From: Nitrosopumilaceae archaeon
GTDB taxonomy: Archaea > Thermoproteota > Nitrososphaeria > Nitrososphaerales > Nitrosopumilaceae
Direction: 5' to 3'
Length of the DNA stretch: 64,000 nt
NCBI GenBank assembly: GCA_965200155.1
Contig: CBDATR010000043.1
Span: forward strand, 1 to 64,000
Positions 42,440 through 53,744 of this stretch are shown one piece after another. The notes under the pieces are model-generated. The model made no database searches. It worked only from the letters and a program-made list of their open reading frames with translations, and was not told where the DNA came from. The position numbers were made by a program, and so were the translations under genes. Every line of letters begins with the position of its first letter. The first letter of the stretch is position 1.

Positions 42440-43785
42440 AAACATACACCCGACGACATCAGAACATGACGGATCTTATTCCGGTGCTGGTAGCAGTCCG
42501 AAGGGATCCTGATCCCGACTAATATATGACCTTTGTGTTTACTATGGCACAAGCCATCTGAAACTCTTCATATCTATGGTTCCAAGATATATGTCGGACA
42601 TTCTAGTTGACATTTTGATCTTCCCTATACTTTGCTCTACCTTTATTCTGGTCTTGTTTATACGCGCGTTGTGTTTCCTCTGCTCTTCTGTTAGTTTCTC
42701 ATGTTTGGATCTCTTGAGCGGCTGGATAGATATGATTCCCGGTAATATCTTTTCTATACCCACAAATCCCAGATCCGTGTACAGTTTTACCTTCAATCCG
42801 GAGTTCTTTTTGATCATGGCCTCAAATAGTAATCCTAGACCATTTAGCTTTGCCATGGACTGCTTTAGAATACTAAAATCGTGCGTACTACCATCAAAGG
42901 CGTCGCTGGTCCATATTGTGGCCCCGTGAATATCGGTCAGTATTAGTATGGTGTATCCGTGTGATTTCTTTTTTCCGGAGTATTGACTTTTTTGTTTCCG
43001 GGGGTCTATGGGACGCACCGTCCGTACTACAGTACCATCCAGTATCAAAGGTATGACGCCATCCTCCTCTGCCAGCATGTTCGTGATATCCTCGTTGGTT
43101 TTTGCCGCACCTATGGCCTCAGTTATCTTCACCGGTGATGCCAGTGCTTCCTGTACCGGTTTTGATAAGACGCTGACATAGCGACTCACCGTGGACTGGT
43201 TCACTCCAAATTCCACTACTATTTCAGCTTCGGTCATTTTTGATCTGGCCCTAGTAGCATGATGAAAGAGCAGCTTGCGTCTGGACCCCGGTTCGGCTGA
43301 ATTCGCATCTAGATCCTTGAATAGTAGAGTCTTTTCGTGATTGCCTATGTTTTTTGACACACGACTGCAAATGGTATGAGTTCACGTCTTCCGGAATCTT
43401 GTGCACAAATCACATTAACTAGAACAACCTGTTCCATCAGTTGTGCGTAAATTTAGACACAGGTGAACTCATACTGCAAATGTACCAGAATGCCTCGATT
43501 GTCAACAATGCAGTGTCATGCATCTTTTTGTGATCCTTTACTGTGTTTTCCAAATTTACATAATGGCGTACATCATCCGGATCAGCCCTCTCTTTGATCA
43601 TCTTGTGAAGATATGCATCATCTTTCATGTGTGGTTAAGTTTGCAGGTGACTCTTCCAGTTCCTTGATCTTCCTATCTCTCTCTTCCAGCTTTTTATCCC
43701 TCTTTTTTATCCCCTTATGTGCGCGTTCAAGACTCACTTGAAGATGCTTTATCTCTTCAGTGGGTGTCTTAAATTTGGGCATCAT
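42440..43785 (-). pseudogene. IS5 family (ISL2/Harbinger-like DDE) transposase, disrupted by MITE-A and frameshifts
   Basis: ILDGT, YSGKKKSH, GSTHD, YTDLGFVG, RIKVEQSIGKIK. Confidence 0.85.
43374..43474. mobile_element. MITE-A copy (101 bp variant)
   Basis: TSD tgcaaatg. Confidence 0.92.
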
Positions 43786-43869
43786 ATTTGCTGGAATAAT
43801 TCCACTTAGAAATGTTTTGTTTTGGAAATTGATGATTTGTCTGATTCTGCATATTCTACAATAGACCTT

Positions 43870-43968
43870 GTATGAGTTCACGTCTTCCGGAATCTTGTGC
43901 ACAAAAGAACCGGTTCTTTAACTGTCGCGATCAGTTGTGCGTAAATTTAGACACAGGTGAACTCATAC
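43870..43968. mobile_element. MITE-A copy (99 bp), no TSD
   Basis: TIRs present. Confidence 0.9.
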
Positions 43969-44034
43969 CAATTTTTATCTTTCCAGATTGTGTGTATGAA
44001 TTATGCCAACCGTCGCGATTAACGCTAACACTTT

Positions 44035-44126
44035 GTATGAGTTCACGTCTTCCGGAATCTTGTGCACAAATCACATTAACTGTCGCGATCAGTTGTGCGT
44101 AAATTTAGACATAGGTGAACTCATAC
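44035..44126. mobile_element. MITE-A copy (92 bp)
   Basis: TSD aacacttt. Confidence 0.92.
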
Positions 44127-44132
44127 AACACT

Positions 44133-45302
44133 TTACCAAGTGTCCAGTATGCTTGCCAGCCGTGACCGGGTAGTATCACAATATTTCTCGTTTACATCAA
44201 TTCCCACATAATTGCGTCCGGTACGTCTTGCCACAACACATGTGGTACCTGCTCCCATGAATGGGTCTAGAACTGTATCTCCCCTGAAACTAAACAATTG
44301 CAGGGCGCGCCGTGCCAGCTCTTCTGGAAACATGGCGGGATGCCCGTATGATTTCATATTCCTCTCAGTCCCCACGGACCATTTTCCATAAACCCATTTC
44401 TTGAACGAGTCACCGTCAATGTCTATGTTTTCTGAAATTCCCTTCTTCTTTAAACTGCCCTTGCAAAAGATCTCCAAGAATTCCCATGTATATTTCAGGT
44501 ATGGACTGGACGGACTTTTCCAGCTTCCCCATGACGTATACTTGCAGTTGTAGTTGTTCTTTTCCCATATTATCTCCCCGCGCCATATCATCTTTCTTTT
44601 GATGAAATGATTAGTTATGATATGGTGATTTGGAATGTAGTCCGAGAATAGCGGTTGTACATCAATTATAATCCTGCCTCCGTATTTCAACACCCTAATG
44701 CATTGATCAAATATGGCGAATAGTTTATCAAAATATGACTCCCACTGCGCCGCATCCTCATATTCTCCATAATTTAGGCCAAAATTGTAAGGAGGAGATG
44801 TAAAAACCAAATCAATACAGTTGTCTGGTATGTCTTTTAGTAATTCTTCACTATCGCCACATAGTATGGAATTCCGGAATTTGTCGGGAATATCCATGTT
44901 ATTATCTACAAATTCGTTATTGTCGGCGTAGTAATGCTTGCCGCGCTGCGCCTCTTTCTTCTTTCTATTTTCTGCCTTTCTCTCTTTGTTGTAGCCTACG
45001 AATAGTCGCTTGTTACCATTCATTGCATAGCCTCCAATCTTTTCTATACTGGCCAGAATGGTATTGGCTATGGATCCTTGCTCTGCACTTATGAACGGCT
45101 CCAGATGTGTTTTGAGATCATCCATGTCCACCTGATGCATGTGTACCCTGACAGATTGGTCATCATATGTTACGTGTATGTCATCTTGGCTAAAATGGCT
45201 ATTCACAAATTCGATCACCGTTTTGTTGTGTACTGTTGGTGATATGGCTATTTCTATTGTCTTGTATTTTGAGCGACTATAAGTAGCAAAAAAGTGACTC
45301 AT
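44133..45302 (-). CDS. Site-specific DNA methyltransferase (beta class, probably N4C) with N-terminal extension, orphan
   Basis: FTSPPY, HPAMFP, VLDPFMGAGTT. Confidence 0.9.
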   Translation of the reverse strand: MSHFFATYSRSKYKTIEIAISPTVHNKTVIEFVNSHFSQDDIHVTYDDQSVRVHMHQVDMDDLKTHLEPFISAEQGSIANTILASIEKIGGYAMNGNKRLFVGYNKERKAENRKKKEAQRGKHYYADNNEFVDNNMDIPDKFRNSILCGDSEELLKDIPDNCIDLVFTSPPYNFGLNYGEYEDAAQWESYFDKLFAIFDQCIRVLKYGGRIIIDVQPLFSDYIPNHHIITNHFIKRKMIWRGEIIWEKNNYNCKYTSWGSWKSPSSPYLKYTWEFLEIFCKGSLKKKGISENIDIDGDSFKKWVYGKWSVGTERNMKSYGHPAMFPEELARRALQLFSFRGDTVLDPFMGAGTTCVVARRTGRNYVGIDVNEKYCDTTRSRLASILDTW

Positions 45303-45404
45303 ATTATATAACTACTGCATTGCCTTCTTTATACAGTGCGCGTTATTCGGGCATGTGCGATCCCATCTGGCCTGTACATACCGGAACTGTCTTGGCGTAA
45401 ATTT

Positions 45405-45496
45405 GTATGAGTTCACGTCTTCCGGAATCTTGTGCATGAATCACATTAACTGTCGCGATCAGTTGTGCGTAAATTTAGACACATGTGAACTCATAC
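45405..45496. mobile_element. MITE-A copy (92 bp)
   Basis: TSD gtaaattt. Confidence 0.92.
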
Positions 45497-46119
45497 GTAA
45501 ATTTCGCTAGGGGTATCTGTCTACGTTTTTGAAGTGATAAATTGTATGGCATAAGTTCATGTTTCCATTATGTTACTAAAATCATACCAATTGTTACAAT
45601 TGGCGTTCGTGAATCAAAGCATGGATAAACCACTTGAAGGTACAAGACTATTCTGTACTGAAAAGCATACGCTAGACAGAGGAGATTATGCATATTGGAG
45701 TGGACCCTATGTTTTGATAACGTTTTTTGTGGTTTTCTAAGAACAGATATCTGCTTCCGTTTTGGACGATATATTGCTTCATTCGGAGAACTCTGCGGGA
45801 GGGACGTATCCCAGTGCCGAGTGTATCCGGGAGTGATTGTAGTCATGATGTGCGGCTTTGATGTGATCCAGCGCCCCCAGGTAGTTCTCAAAATCATTCG
45901 GCCAAACGTTCTCAGCGTCTTGTGGAATGACTCGATTCTGCTGTGGTGCGTTGACATAGATATAGTCAATTTTGACCCCCAATATTTTGGCGGCCTGTCG
46001 GAAGCTGCGACTGGTGTACTGGGATCCATTATCAACCCGGACTGTCAGTCTGGATACATCCGGTTTGTGAATAGCTATTACGTCAGTTAGTGCAGTGATG
46101 GCATGGTTGGTCGTTGCAG

Positions 46120-46211
46120 GTATGAGTTCACGTCTTCCGGAATCTTATGCACAAATCACATTAACTGTCGCGATCAGTTGTGCGTAAATTTAGACACAGG
46201 TGAACTCATAC
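46120..46211. mobile_element. MITE-A copy (92 bp)
   Basis: TSD cgttgcag. Confidence 0.92.
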
Positions 46212-46389
46212 CGTTGCAGTTCTCTCGAAGCTGTATGATAACCATTCCCTTGTGTAGACATCCAGTACGTTGAAGCAGTAACACCAGCCTGACTCGCCAC
46301 ACCATTGACATGCCCGCCTCCCAGAACTGGCCGGGGCGGTGTTGTCAAACTCTTGTTGGAGCGTATTATCTGCGATTTGATCTTTTTTG

Positions 46390-46490
46390 GTATGGGTTCA
46401 CCTGTGTCTAAATTTACGCATAACTGATGGAACAGGTTGTTCTAGTTAATGTGATTCATGCACAAGATTCCGGAAGACGTGAACTCATAC
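46390..46490. mobile_element. MITE-A copy (101 bp variant)
   Basis: TIRs; T-run flanks. Confidence 0.9.
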
Positions 46491-47149
46491 TTTTTTTTGG
46501 CGTGATCCAGCCCTTGATACGGTATAGTCTCTGGATTTTTTAATGGTTTACCGGAATGTTATTGTCCCGGGCAAGCTGGGCGGCCATTCGGCGCGTTCCA
46601 TAGGAGGGGGCGTTTGTGGGCGATCTTGAGTATATGGGGCCAACTGTATCATCATTCGTCATCTGTGTGTGGTCTTTCCTGTCTGTTACCGGCTTTTTGT
46701 AGTACAGCTTGTTCCTGTACACCTCGCAGAGCTCCAGTGCACGGACTACCCCGGTGGTGTCCTTGATCTCCTTGAGTATCTTCAGTTTGGTTCCCCCATC
46801 ATTGTTTTTTTAAATGCGTTGTTAACAGGCGTCAGCTCGCCTACTGAGATTATCGTTCTCTTGTAACACCTTTTTCATCTCGGAGTTTTAGAATCTTGGA
46901 TTCCTGTCCAATCCCCCAGAACCGGCCTTGAGGAATCTCTCCCTCCACATGTATAGCGTCCGCGGTGATATGTTGTGCCGCCTGCAGATCTCTGCGGTGA
47001 CCACTGTCGAGTCTAATGACCTTCTCTTCCCGACTCCATTGGTGTTTCTTGTCAACCATGCTCTCTTGAATCTAAAAAGTGTGCATTGAGATCTATTCTC
47101 AATTCTATGGGGTCCAGGCCAATACCACTTTATGATTTGCGCCTTGCCG

Positions 47150-47800
47150 GTCATCATGTTACCATAACGAAGAATGAGGGCGCCAGTACATTATTCCCGG
47201 AAGAGGGTCCTGACACGCTGGTTATACGCACAGAGCCGGACGGTCAGTTCAATAGAAGCGACGCAAAACAGCCTTACCAGAACCATAACCGTCACTGTTG
47301 CCGAGGATGATGAGTCATCCCATAGGTACGGTGGCATCATGACTACACTGGGTGATAGTGACAACTTGTCAATACGACTGAGTAACATACTGCCCGCAGG
47401 CTATGTCTCTGCATACACTCATGACCTGCAGGGTGAAAGCGAGATACTTGGATACGGCATAGTCCAGACCACGCTACTGCTGGGACCGGAGCCAGACGGG
47501 CACTTTTGGCTTAGCGAGACATATCCGGACGGAGCGACCCATGACGTATCCATACATGTATAGTCGATAAGTGCGCCCGCCTACTCCCAGACTATTGTAT
47601 CACTAAGGAATACCAGCTCCACATTTACGATTCAACTATCGGGCATAATTCCCCCCAGCTACACTACTGTAACACTATCCGGAAATGAGGGCCAGAGCAA
47701 CGTAACCGGGGACAGTATCATGGTCCACGCGGAGCCGGATGGGCTATTCCATATACTGGCAACATACGGTTCGGGCAGGGATAACCTTGATCATTCCCAT
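47150..47800 (+). pseudogene. Fragmented repetitive surface-protein-like gene
   Basis: Recurring EPDG motif (RTEPDGQF, GPEPDGHF, HAEPDGLF) across broken frames. Confidence 0.45.
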
Positions 47801-48142
47801 TGTGGTTACACTTGATTAGCCATACATGAATGGCATATAAGATATGGTAGCGCATGACCGTACCGGCAACTCAGTACTATCATGATAATTTCCATACATC
47901 TCTTGATAACATTTGCCACATCCAATCTCTGTCTTACCACGGACTTGACGATCAAAGTTATACAACAAACTCGTGGATAAATCGGCAAACGCCCACTTAT
48001 CTATCTGAGAGTATGTGGCATGTGACCTGTGATTATAATTAATCACAGCGGGGGACAGACCTGCAAAGTCACTTGATGGCTTGCCTATGTTTTGCGCTTT
48101 TTGGCATGACTCAATTACAAGTACCGGCTATGAAATATCATC

Positions 48143-48688
48143 ATGACTATCACAGAGGATGCCCAAAAGTATGCCATTATGATGCATGGCCAGCAGGCAC
48201 GCAGGGGAATTCTGGTCATAGATCATGTACGGGAGGTAGTAAATGTACTGCACCGGGTTGGAGTCTCTGAGCCAGCAATAATCGGTGCCGGTTGGCTGCA
48301 TGATGTAATAGAGCACACTGATGCGGATATGGAAGATATTACATCACGGTTCGGGCCAGACGTTTCAGCATGGGTTGAAGCACTCTCCAAGAGCAGGCAT
48401 TTACCCTCCAAACAACGGGAGGCCCAGTATGTTAGGCAGCTGCATGAATCTCCCTGGCAGGCACAGGTAATCAAGCTAGCCGATATTGCAGTAAACCTGC
48501 AACATATCCTGGACTCGGATTCCCCGCCATCACTTATACGCGACAAGGTAGCGCAGCTGAGATCATACATGGAAGCCATAAGGCCGGGACTGACAGTGGG
48601 GTGGGTTCCTGGGCTACCACGCATATGTGCACAAGTGAATCAGCAACTGGCATCGCGCGGCCAGGGACTCCCATATTGGACAGAATAA
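48143..48688 (+). CDS. HD-domain protein, Mesh1/small alarmone hydrolase-like
   Basis: H.GQ, IDHVREV, AGWLHDVIEHT, FG.DV..WVEALSK, IKLAD. Confidence 0.85.
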   Translation: MTITEDAQKYAIMMHGQQARRGILVIDHVREVVNVLHRVGVSEPAIIGAGWLHDVIEHTDADMEDITSRFGPDVSAWVEALSKSRHLPSKQREAQYVRQLHESPWQAQVIKLADIAVNLQHILDSDSPPSLIRDKVAQLRSYMEAIRPGLTVGWVPGLPRICAQVNQQLASRGQGLPYWTE

Positions 48689-48802
48689 TTAATATATTTA
48701 TACTAAAATGGTCTTATTTTTAGTTTGATTTTATAATTATAATATACATACAATTTCATTATTATATCCCTATATTAAAGATAAATTTAATAATATATCA
48801 AT

Positions 48803-49327
48803 ATGATACAAATTATGTTAGTTATATACGAGGAATCTGCCAGTATAAAAAACATCATTGTCATAACCGCAGCGCAGGCTACTGCCCTGAGTGACAAAAC
48901 ACGAATGGATATGCTAAAGATGCTGTATCACGACGAGATGACCGTTTCACAGATACACGACAAGCTGAGCGAGTCCGGTCGTGAAAAGACCATGACTACT
49001 ACAAGACATCACGCAAAGATTCTGGAGGGTGCAGGACTGATTCAGGTAACCAAACTAAAGACAGTTCGGGGTGTGGTGGCCAAAGAGTATGGGACAAGCT
49101 TCCGGCTACTTAACTACGAGTCTCCGGAGAATTTTGATAAAGAGTATTCGCGGCTTGTGGATAATACTGCCACAAAAGTAGACAAACTACTGCGCGGCTT
49201 GATATCCAAAATACCGCGCCCCAAGGATGCAGGGCATGACGAGGAATACTACCAGTATCTGGCATTAGAGATACTAAATCGTGCAGCAACAAAGTCGCTA
49301 GAGCCCGAAGAAAAGACTGTCCAGTAA
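48803..49327 (+). CDS. ArsR-type winged-helix transcriptional regulator
   Basis: ALSDKTRMDMLKML..EMTVSQI...HHAKILEGAGLI. Confidence 0.85.
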   Translation: MIQIMLVIYEESASIKNIIVITAAQATALSDKTRMDMLKMLYHDEMTVSQIHDKLSESGREKTMTTTRHHAKILEGAGLIQVTKLKTVRGVVAKEYGTSFRLLNYESPENFDKEYSRLVDNTATKVDKLLRGLISKIPRPKDAGHDEEYYQYLALEILNRAATKSLEPEEKTVQ

Positions 49328-49453
49328 ACCTTGGCCAAAAGAATTTTCATTTATCTCGTTATGGTGTATCGGCGTCCCGGAATACTCCTGTGGAGTTTTT
49401 TGTTACTTGGTTTGCAGCACGATTTTGCTAACAAGTCATGCGGTTCTCTATTT

Positions 49454-49598
49454 GTAACCGTTTAGGTCGCACAGATGATTACAAGTTCGGGCGCGAGATT
49501 GTCAAGGTTACTGTGATAGCACGGACCGGTGTTCAAGTACTGAGTATCCAGTATCTGGAGTTACAGGGATCTATGCCGGGAGTGACCTAAACGGTTAC
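49454..49598. mobile_element. MITE with IS66-type TIR (different interior)
   Basis: Perfect 15-bp TIR GTAACCGTTTAGGTC/GACCTAAACGGTTAC. Confidence 0.82.
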
Positions 49599-49607
49599 TC
49601 ACTATTC

Positions 49608-49699
49608 GTATAAGTTCACATCTTCCCAGATCGTGTGCTTTAATCATACTAATTGCCGCCATCTGTATTGCATAAATTTAGACATAGGCGAACTCATGC
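49608..49699. mobile_element. Degenerate (old) MITE-A copy
   Basis: gtataagttcacatcttcc...taaatttagacataggcgaactcatgc. Confidence 0.7.
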
Positions 49700-50055
49700 C
49701 TCCATTCTGTTCTGTCATGCCTTTGGGGTTGTAGAATGTGGTGGTTTATCCTGTGTCTGGGACGATGGGTGACGGATTTTCAATGATTCTATAATATATT
49801 ATCATAATAATAGTGAATAAATGATTTTATGAAATAAAATATTTAATAATAACTAGAATATAGTAATAAAATACAAGTAATATGTATAAATGTAATTAAA
49901 ATACAATTAGTATGAAGTTAATCATTCATGTTATACAATAAATTGTGGTTTCATGTGGGCCAAATACGCAGTACTACCAACAGATAGTGTAGTGAGTGTA
50001 TGTTTCCGGCATTGGGATAACGTGTGCGCAAACCCGGTAAATGTCGTAGAGTGTG

Positions 50056-50547
50056 CTAGCAGTTGGTTATGCACACGATGCCCACGTCTAGTGAATTGTG
50101 TTCCTTGGCAGGTCGTACTATTACTTCGTATCGCTCGTCACTATCAAAGTGTACGTCAAACTGGGTGGTGCGGGATATGGAGTTTCCAGGTTGCAGTACG
50201 TCCCTTAGTAGGTCTTCCTGATGCAGTGTCCCGTTGCCATAAGATGGCCAGTGTCGTACTCCCAGTGAGTCAACAAAGTAGAACTGGCCGCCGCTGACTG
50301 CATGCTCCATGTCATCTAGGTTGTTCATGCCTATCCGTACTTTAACGAATGTATTTTCTGGCCGGAATTCCTCGTTACCATCATTGGTTCCCTCAAATAT
50401 GACAGTATACTCAATGGGTCCCACTACTACAGGCTCGCCGTCATTGACCTCCAGTACGTTAGGCTGGTATATGATGTACGCGTAGAATGCAACAGCCATG
50501 GAAATGATAACGCCACCCATGACCGCAACAAAGACAACACTTACCAT
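50056..50547 (-). CDS. DUF4352-like membrane-anchored Ig-fold protein
   Basis: N-terminal TM helix; FVKVRIGMNN, FYFVDS.G, LQPG..FDV; ATG at 50547 preferred because the upstream extension runs through repeat debris. Confidence 0.72.
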   Translation of the reverse strand: MVSVVFVAVMGGVIISMAVAFYAYIIYQPNVLEVNDGEPVVVGPIEYTVIFEGTNDGNEEFRPENTFVKVRIGMNNLDDMEHAVSGGQFYFVDSLGVRHWPSYGNGTLHQEDLLRDVLQPGNSISRTTQFDVHFDSDERYEVIVRPAKEHNSLDVGIVCITNC

Positions 50548-50995
50548 GATATCGAGCATAGTATTGAACACGTATAAACCAGTCGCTGTTGATACCGTGC
50601 TGGTATGCATTTGTTCCTGTTTAAATTCACGACGACGTATCACAATGATTAGCATGCTTAAAGCGCGGGATTGACGCCGTGAACTCGTATTGAACAGCAA
50701 GGCAACATACCATACTGTCGAGAATCGCCCCCTACCAGATTTTGTACTATGAATCAATTTGGGGTGGACCTAAACGGTTACTATACCAAACATATGATTA
50801 AACGGGTGGTTGATCTTGGAGCCTACCCATGCCTTTCTGGACAAGTAGTGTATCATTCTGTTCAATTATTGTATCGTTTTGCTTTGAGTTATGCTTTGCG
50901 TGATCTGAGATCATCGGTGCTCTTTACAACTTGGTGTCCTGTGATATTCTATTAGTGCCCCCAACATCTTCTCCTGACTCTCCAGCATCATTCTG

Positions 50996-51383
50996 TTATT
51001 CTTTGATATTTCCTTGAGTTCTTTTTTTTATTATTTTGTCCTCTACAAGAACGTCTAACTTGGCTGAACCGGCCATAATTGCACTGTGCATTTCCTTTTG
51101 CATATCCACCATTATCATCTTAAATGTAGAGAACTCTCCGGCAGCAGTACTGTATTTGACATGGCTATCTTTTACAAATGTGGGTTCATTCCTATTGCGG
51201 ACAGATACAATTAGTGATTCCATGTAGGTCTTTCACCCTCGCATATGATCAATACCGAACCGTCTTCGAGATTCTTTATACTTCCTGTCAGCCCAGTTCG
51301 TCCTACAATAGCTCTCACGTATGCGCGGAGTCCTACGTCCTGACTACTCCATAGACTTGTATGGTATCTCTTTCTTTAGCCAT
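50996..51383 (-). pseudogene. acyP: Acylphosphatase, frameshifted
   Basis: Hand translation across two frameshifts: IQVYGVVQDVGLRAYV...GLTGSIKNLEDGSVLIICEG...GEFSTFKM. Confidence 0.72.
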
Positions 51384-51607
51384 ACTTTATTAGCGCATTC
51401 ATGTAATTTAAATTCTATACTATATAAATTCGAGTCAAGTGTATCAAAATTAGATTGTACTAAGATTAAGGCACTAGTGGGAAAATGCCTAGCAAAGTAC
51501 AAAAACGATTAACAGATACACTACAAATCAAAGAAAAACATGGTCGAGCACCTGATTAAAAAGCTCACCGATACATCATCAGCAAGGGAAAGGGTACCTC
51601 AATTATA

Positions 51608-51706
51608 GTATGAGTTCACGTCTTCCGGAATCTTATGCACAAAAGAACCGGTTCTTTAACTGTCGCGATCAGTTATGCGTAAATTTAGACACAGGTGAAC
51701 TCATAC
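51608..51706. mobile_element. MITE-A copy (99 bp) with 23-bp flanking direct repeat
   Basis: agggaaag(g/a)gtacctcaattata on both sides. Confidence 0.9.
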
Positions 51707-52389
51707 AGGGAAAGAGTACCTCAATTATATTCCGGGGAAATGGATGTCTCACAATCGGCAAATATACGCCGAATTCCGCAGGACCGGCAAGTATCCGGTT
51801 CCCGGACGCGCCAGCCGTCCCAGTATGGAGATCACACTTGAAGAAATACGACAGGTTCTGGATACTCACAAAGGGGAGCCGGTTGAAGTATTGCGTACAG
51901 CTGCCAGGCTCAGAGGAAAGATCAGTACCGGCGCATATGTTGTGGTATGGCACTGGTGACCGCCTCCCCCACAAAATCCAAAAAATGCAAGTGGGTGCGA
52001 TATGAAAGAAAGCATTCCAATTCCCTGTGGCATGTTGACTGGCATATCATGAAGGAGCCCCGCTTTGAGTGTCTGATAATGGCTCCTCGCGTTGCATGTT
52101 GCCGCTCAACTATTCCGGGATGCAACGTCCGAGAATGCCATCACGGTATTACACAAGGTCATAATCCAATTTGTAACCCCGACAGCCATACTGCCAGATA
52201 TCTTTGTGGGTGTACGAGGCAAGGTTCCAAAGAAGTGGAGGTCCACCATATTCGAGGATCTAAATCGTGGTATCGAGCTTATCAATAGCCGTCCCCGCTA
52301 TCCCCCGATCAATGGCAAGCTGGGGTGATTTCGCCGGAGCATTGAGGATGAAATATTCCATTATGAACTCTTGTCAGTGTACTACAATG

Positions 52390-52481
52390 GTATGAGTTCA
52401 CGTCTTCCGGAATCTTATGCACAAATCACATTAACTGTCGCGATCAGTTATGCGTAAATTTAGACACAGGTGAACTCATAC
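52390..52481. mobile_element. MITE-A copy (92 bp)
   Basis: TSD ctacaatg. Confidence 0.92.
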
Positions 52482-52895
52482 CTACAATGAGATACGGCTT
52501 CACTTTGCACTTGATATCCATAATCTGGAGACCCCGCTCAGGGCATTCCATAACAGACGCGCATCAAGATAGAACGACTCAAAATGGATGGAGAGGGATA
52601 CGGATGACTAAGCGACATAATTTCGATATGAAACACTCTATTAGATTGGTTTGCATCACTCTCATATTGTCATAATTGATTAGTTCTTCAGCATTCTTCA
52701 TTAAACCATCTGCTTTTTCACGAAATTCACACTCTCAATCAAACTCCTGGCGGGGACCATCCATTACTGGTTTGTGATGCTTGCAGAATTTTGTTTCATG
52801 AAAACGCGCCTCAATTCGGAGCAGCCTAAACGACTACCACTGCTACTTTACATATGTCGGCGTGACTAATATATCACCGTATCCTAATCAATAAT

Positions 52896-53360
52896 ATGGC
52901 AACAACCCTGCCCGTAGAACCTGCTAATGCTTCTTCAATTGTGCCAACGACCATTCCGGCTACAACTATTCCACCCGGGGAGCGGATGGCAGCAATACGA
53001 ATAATCCGAGATAGAATTATTCATGACTTTAATCCAGTGTCAATAATTCTGTTTGGATCCATGGCCAGGGGTGATCACAACAAGTACAGTGACATTGATA
53101 TCATGGTGGTAATGCCAGAGAGCGCAAACACAAGGGTGGCAGGCCGCACTATATATGACGTCCATAATGGTTTGGGCGATGTGGACATGATAGTAACCAC
53201 ACCGTCGATCCTGGAGGCGAAATCACAATTGCGCGGTTCAGCGCAAAGAATGGCGTTACTGGAGGGAGTAGAATTGTACGGTAATCAAATACTAAAGTAC
53301 CACCTAGATTATACCAATGATGTGGAATCCGGTTCAGTGTTTATGGGAAAATGCTCTTGA
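52896..53360 (+). CDS. Minimal nucleotidyltransferase (MNT)
   Basis: IILFGSMARGD...SDIDIMVV, DVDMIV. Confidence 0.9.
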   Translation: MATTLPVEPANASSIVPTTIPATTIPPGERMAAIRIIRDRIIHDFNPVSIILFGSMARGDHNKYSDIDIMVVMPESANTRVAGRTIYDVHNGLGDVDMIVTTPSILEAKSQLRGSAQRMALLEGVELYGNQILKYHLDYTNDVESGSVFMGKCS

Positions 53361-53706
53361 TGATCTACAAACAGCCACCGAAAATGACTCTGATGCAAGA
53401 AACCAGGTAAAAGTACGTGCGTATTACTCACAGCAGGCAGCAGAAAAAGCTATGAAAGCGGCGCTGGCATGGTCCGGAATAGAGCCCATCCATGTCCATA
53501 AGCTGGAAGATCTTTATTCTCGTGTACCTACTAACTGGGGCATTAATGTATCCAAAACTGACCTTGAATCATTAACCGAGATGAATACAAAGTCAAGATA
53601 TGGCAATATACCTGTAACAAAGTACGAAGCGGACAGCGCCTATGAGCTGGCATCCTACATCTGTAATATAATATACAGTGAGTCTGTCCGGCGTAGAAAA
53701 ATTTGA
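53317..53706 (+). CDS. HEPN domain protein
   Basis: AYYSQQAAEKAMKAAL, HVHKL, SRYG; paired with MNT. Confidence 0.88.
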   Translation: MMWNPVQCLWENALDDLQTATENDSDARNQVKVRAYYSQQAAEKAMKAALAWSGIEPIHVHKLEDLYSRVPTNWGINVSKTDLESLTEMNTKSRYGNIPVTKYEADSAYELASYICNIIYSESVRRRKI

Positions 53707-53744
53707 CATAGACACTCCGATCAATACATAATTCGGTTTAACCC

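Larger units (their letters stand above)
45696..47121 (-). mobile_element. IS3-family element, degenerate
   Basis: TG...CA TIRs (TGG(AG/CC)TGGACCC); OrfA AEICRRHNISPRTLYMWRERF; OrfB YGTRRMAAQL, IESFHKTL, YNHSRIHSALGYVPP. Confidence 0.85.
51460..52635 (+). mobile_element. Second IS481-like family element, degenerate, with two MITE-A insertions
   Basis: KWVRYERKHSNSLWHVDWH, SRPRYPPINGKL; ends ...gatatgaaaca. Confidence 0.78.

Noticed and set aside
48143-48688. Cas3 HD nuclease
   Set aside because: Motif spacing fits the RelA/SpoT-type HD hydrolase; no cas context
50548-50757. N-terminal extension of the DUF4352-like ORF given in the track
   Set aside because: Runs through degenerate MITE-like sequence (~50603-50690); the downstream ATG before the TM helix is more plausible
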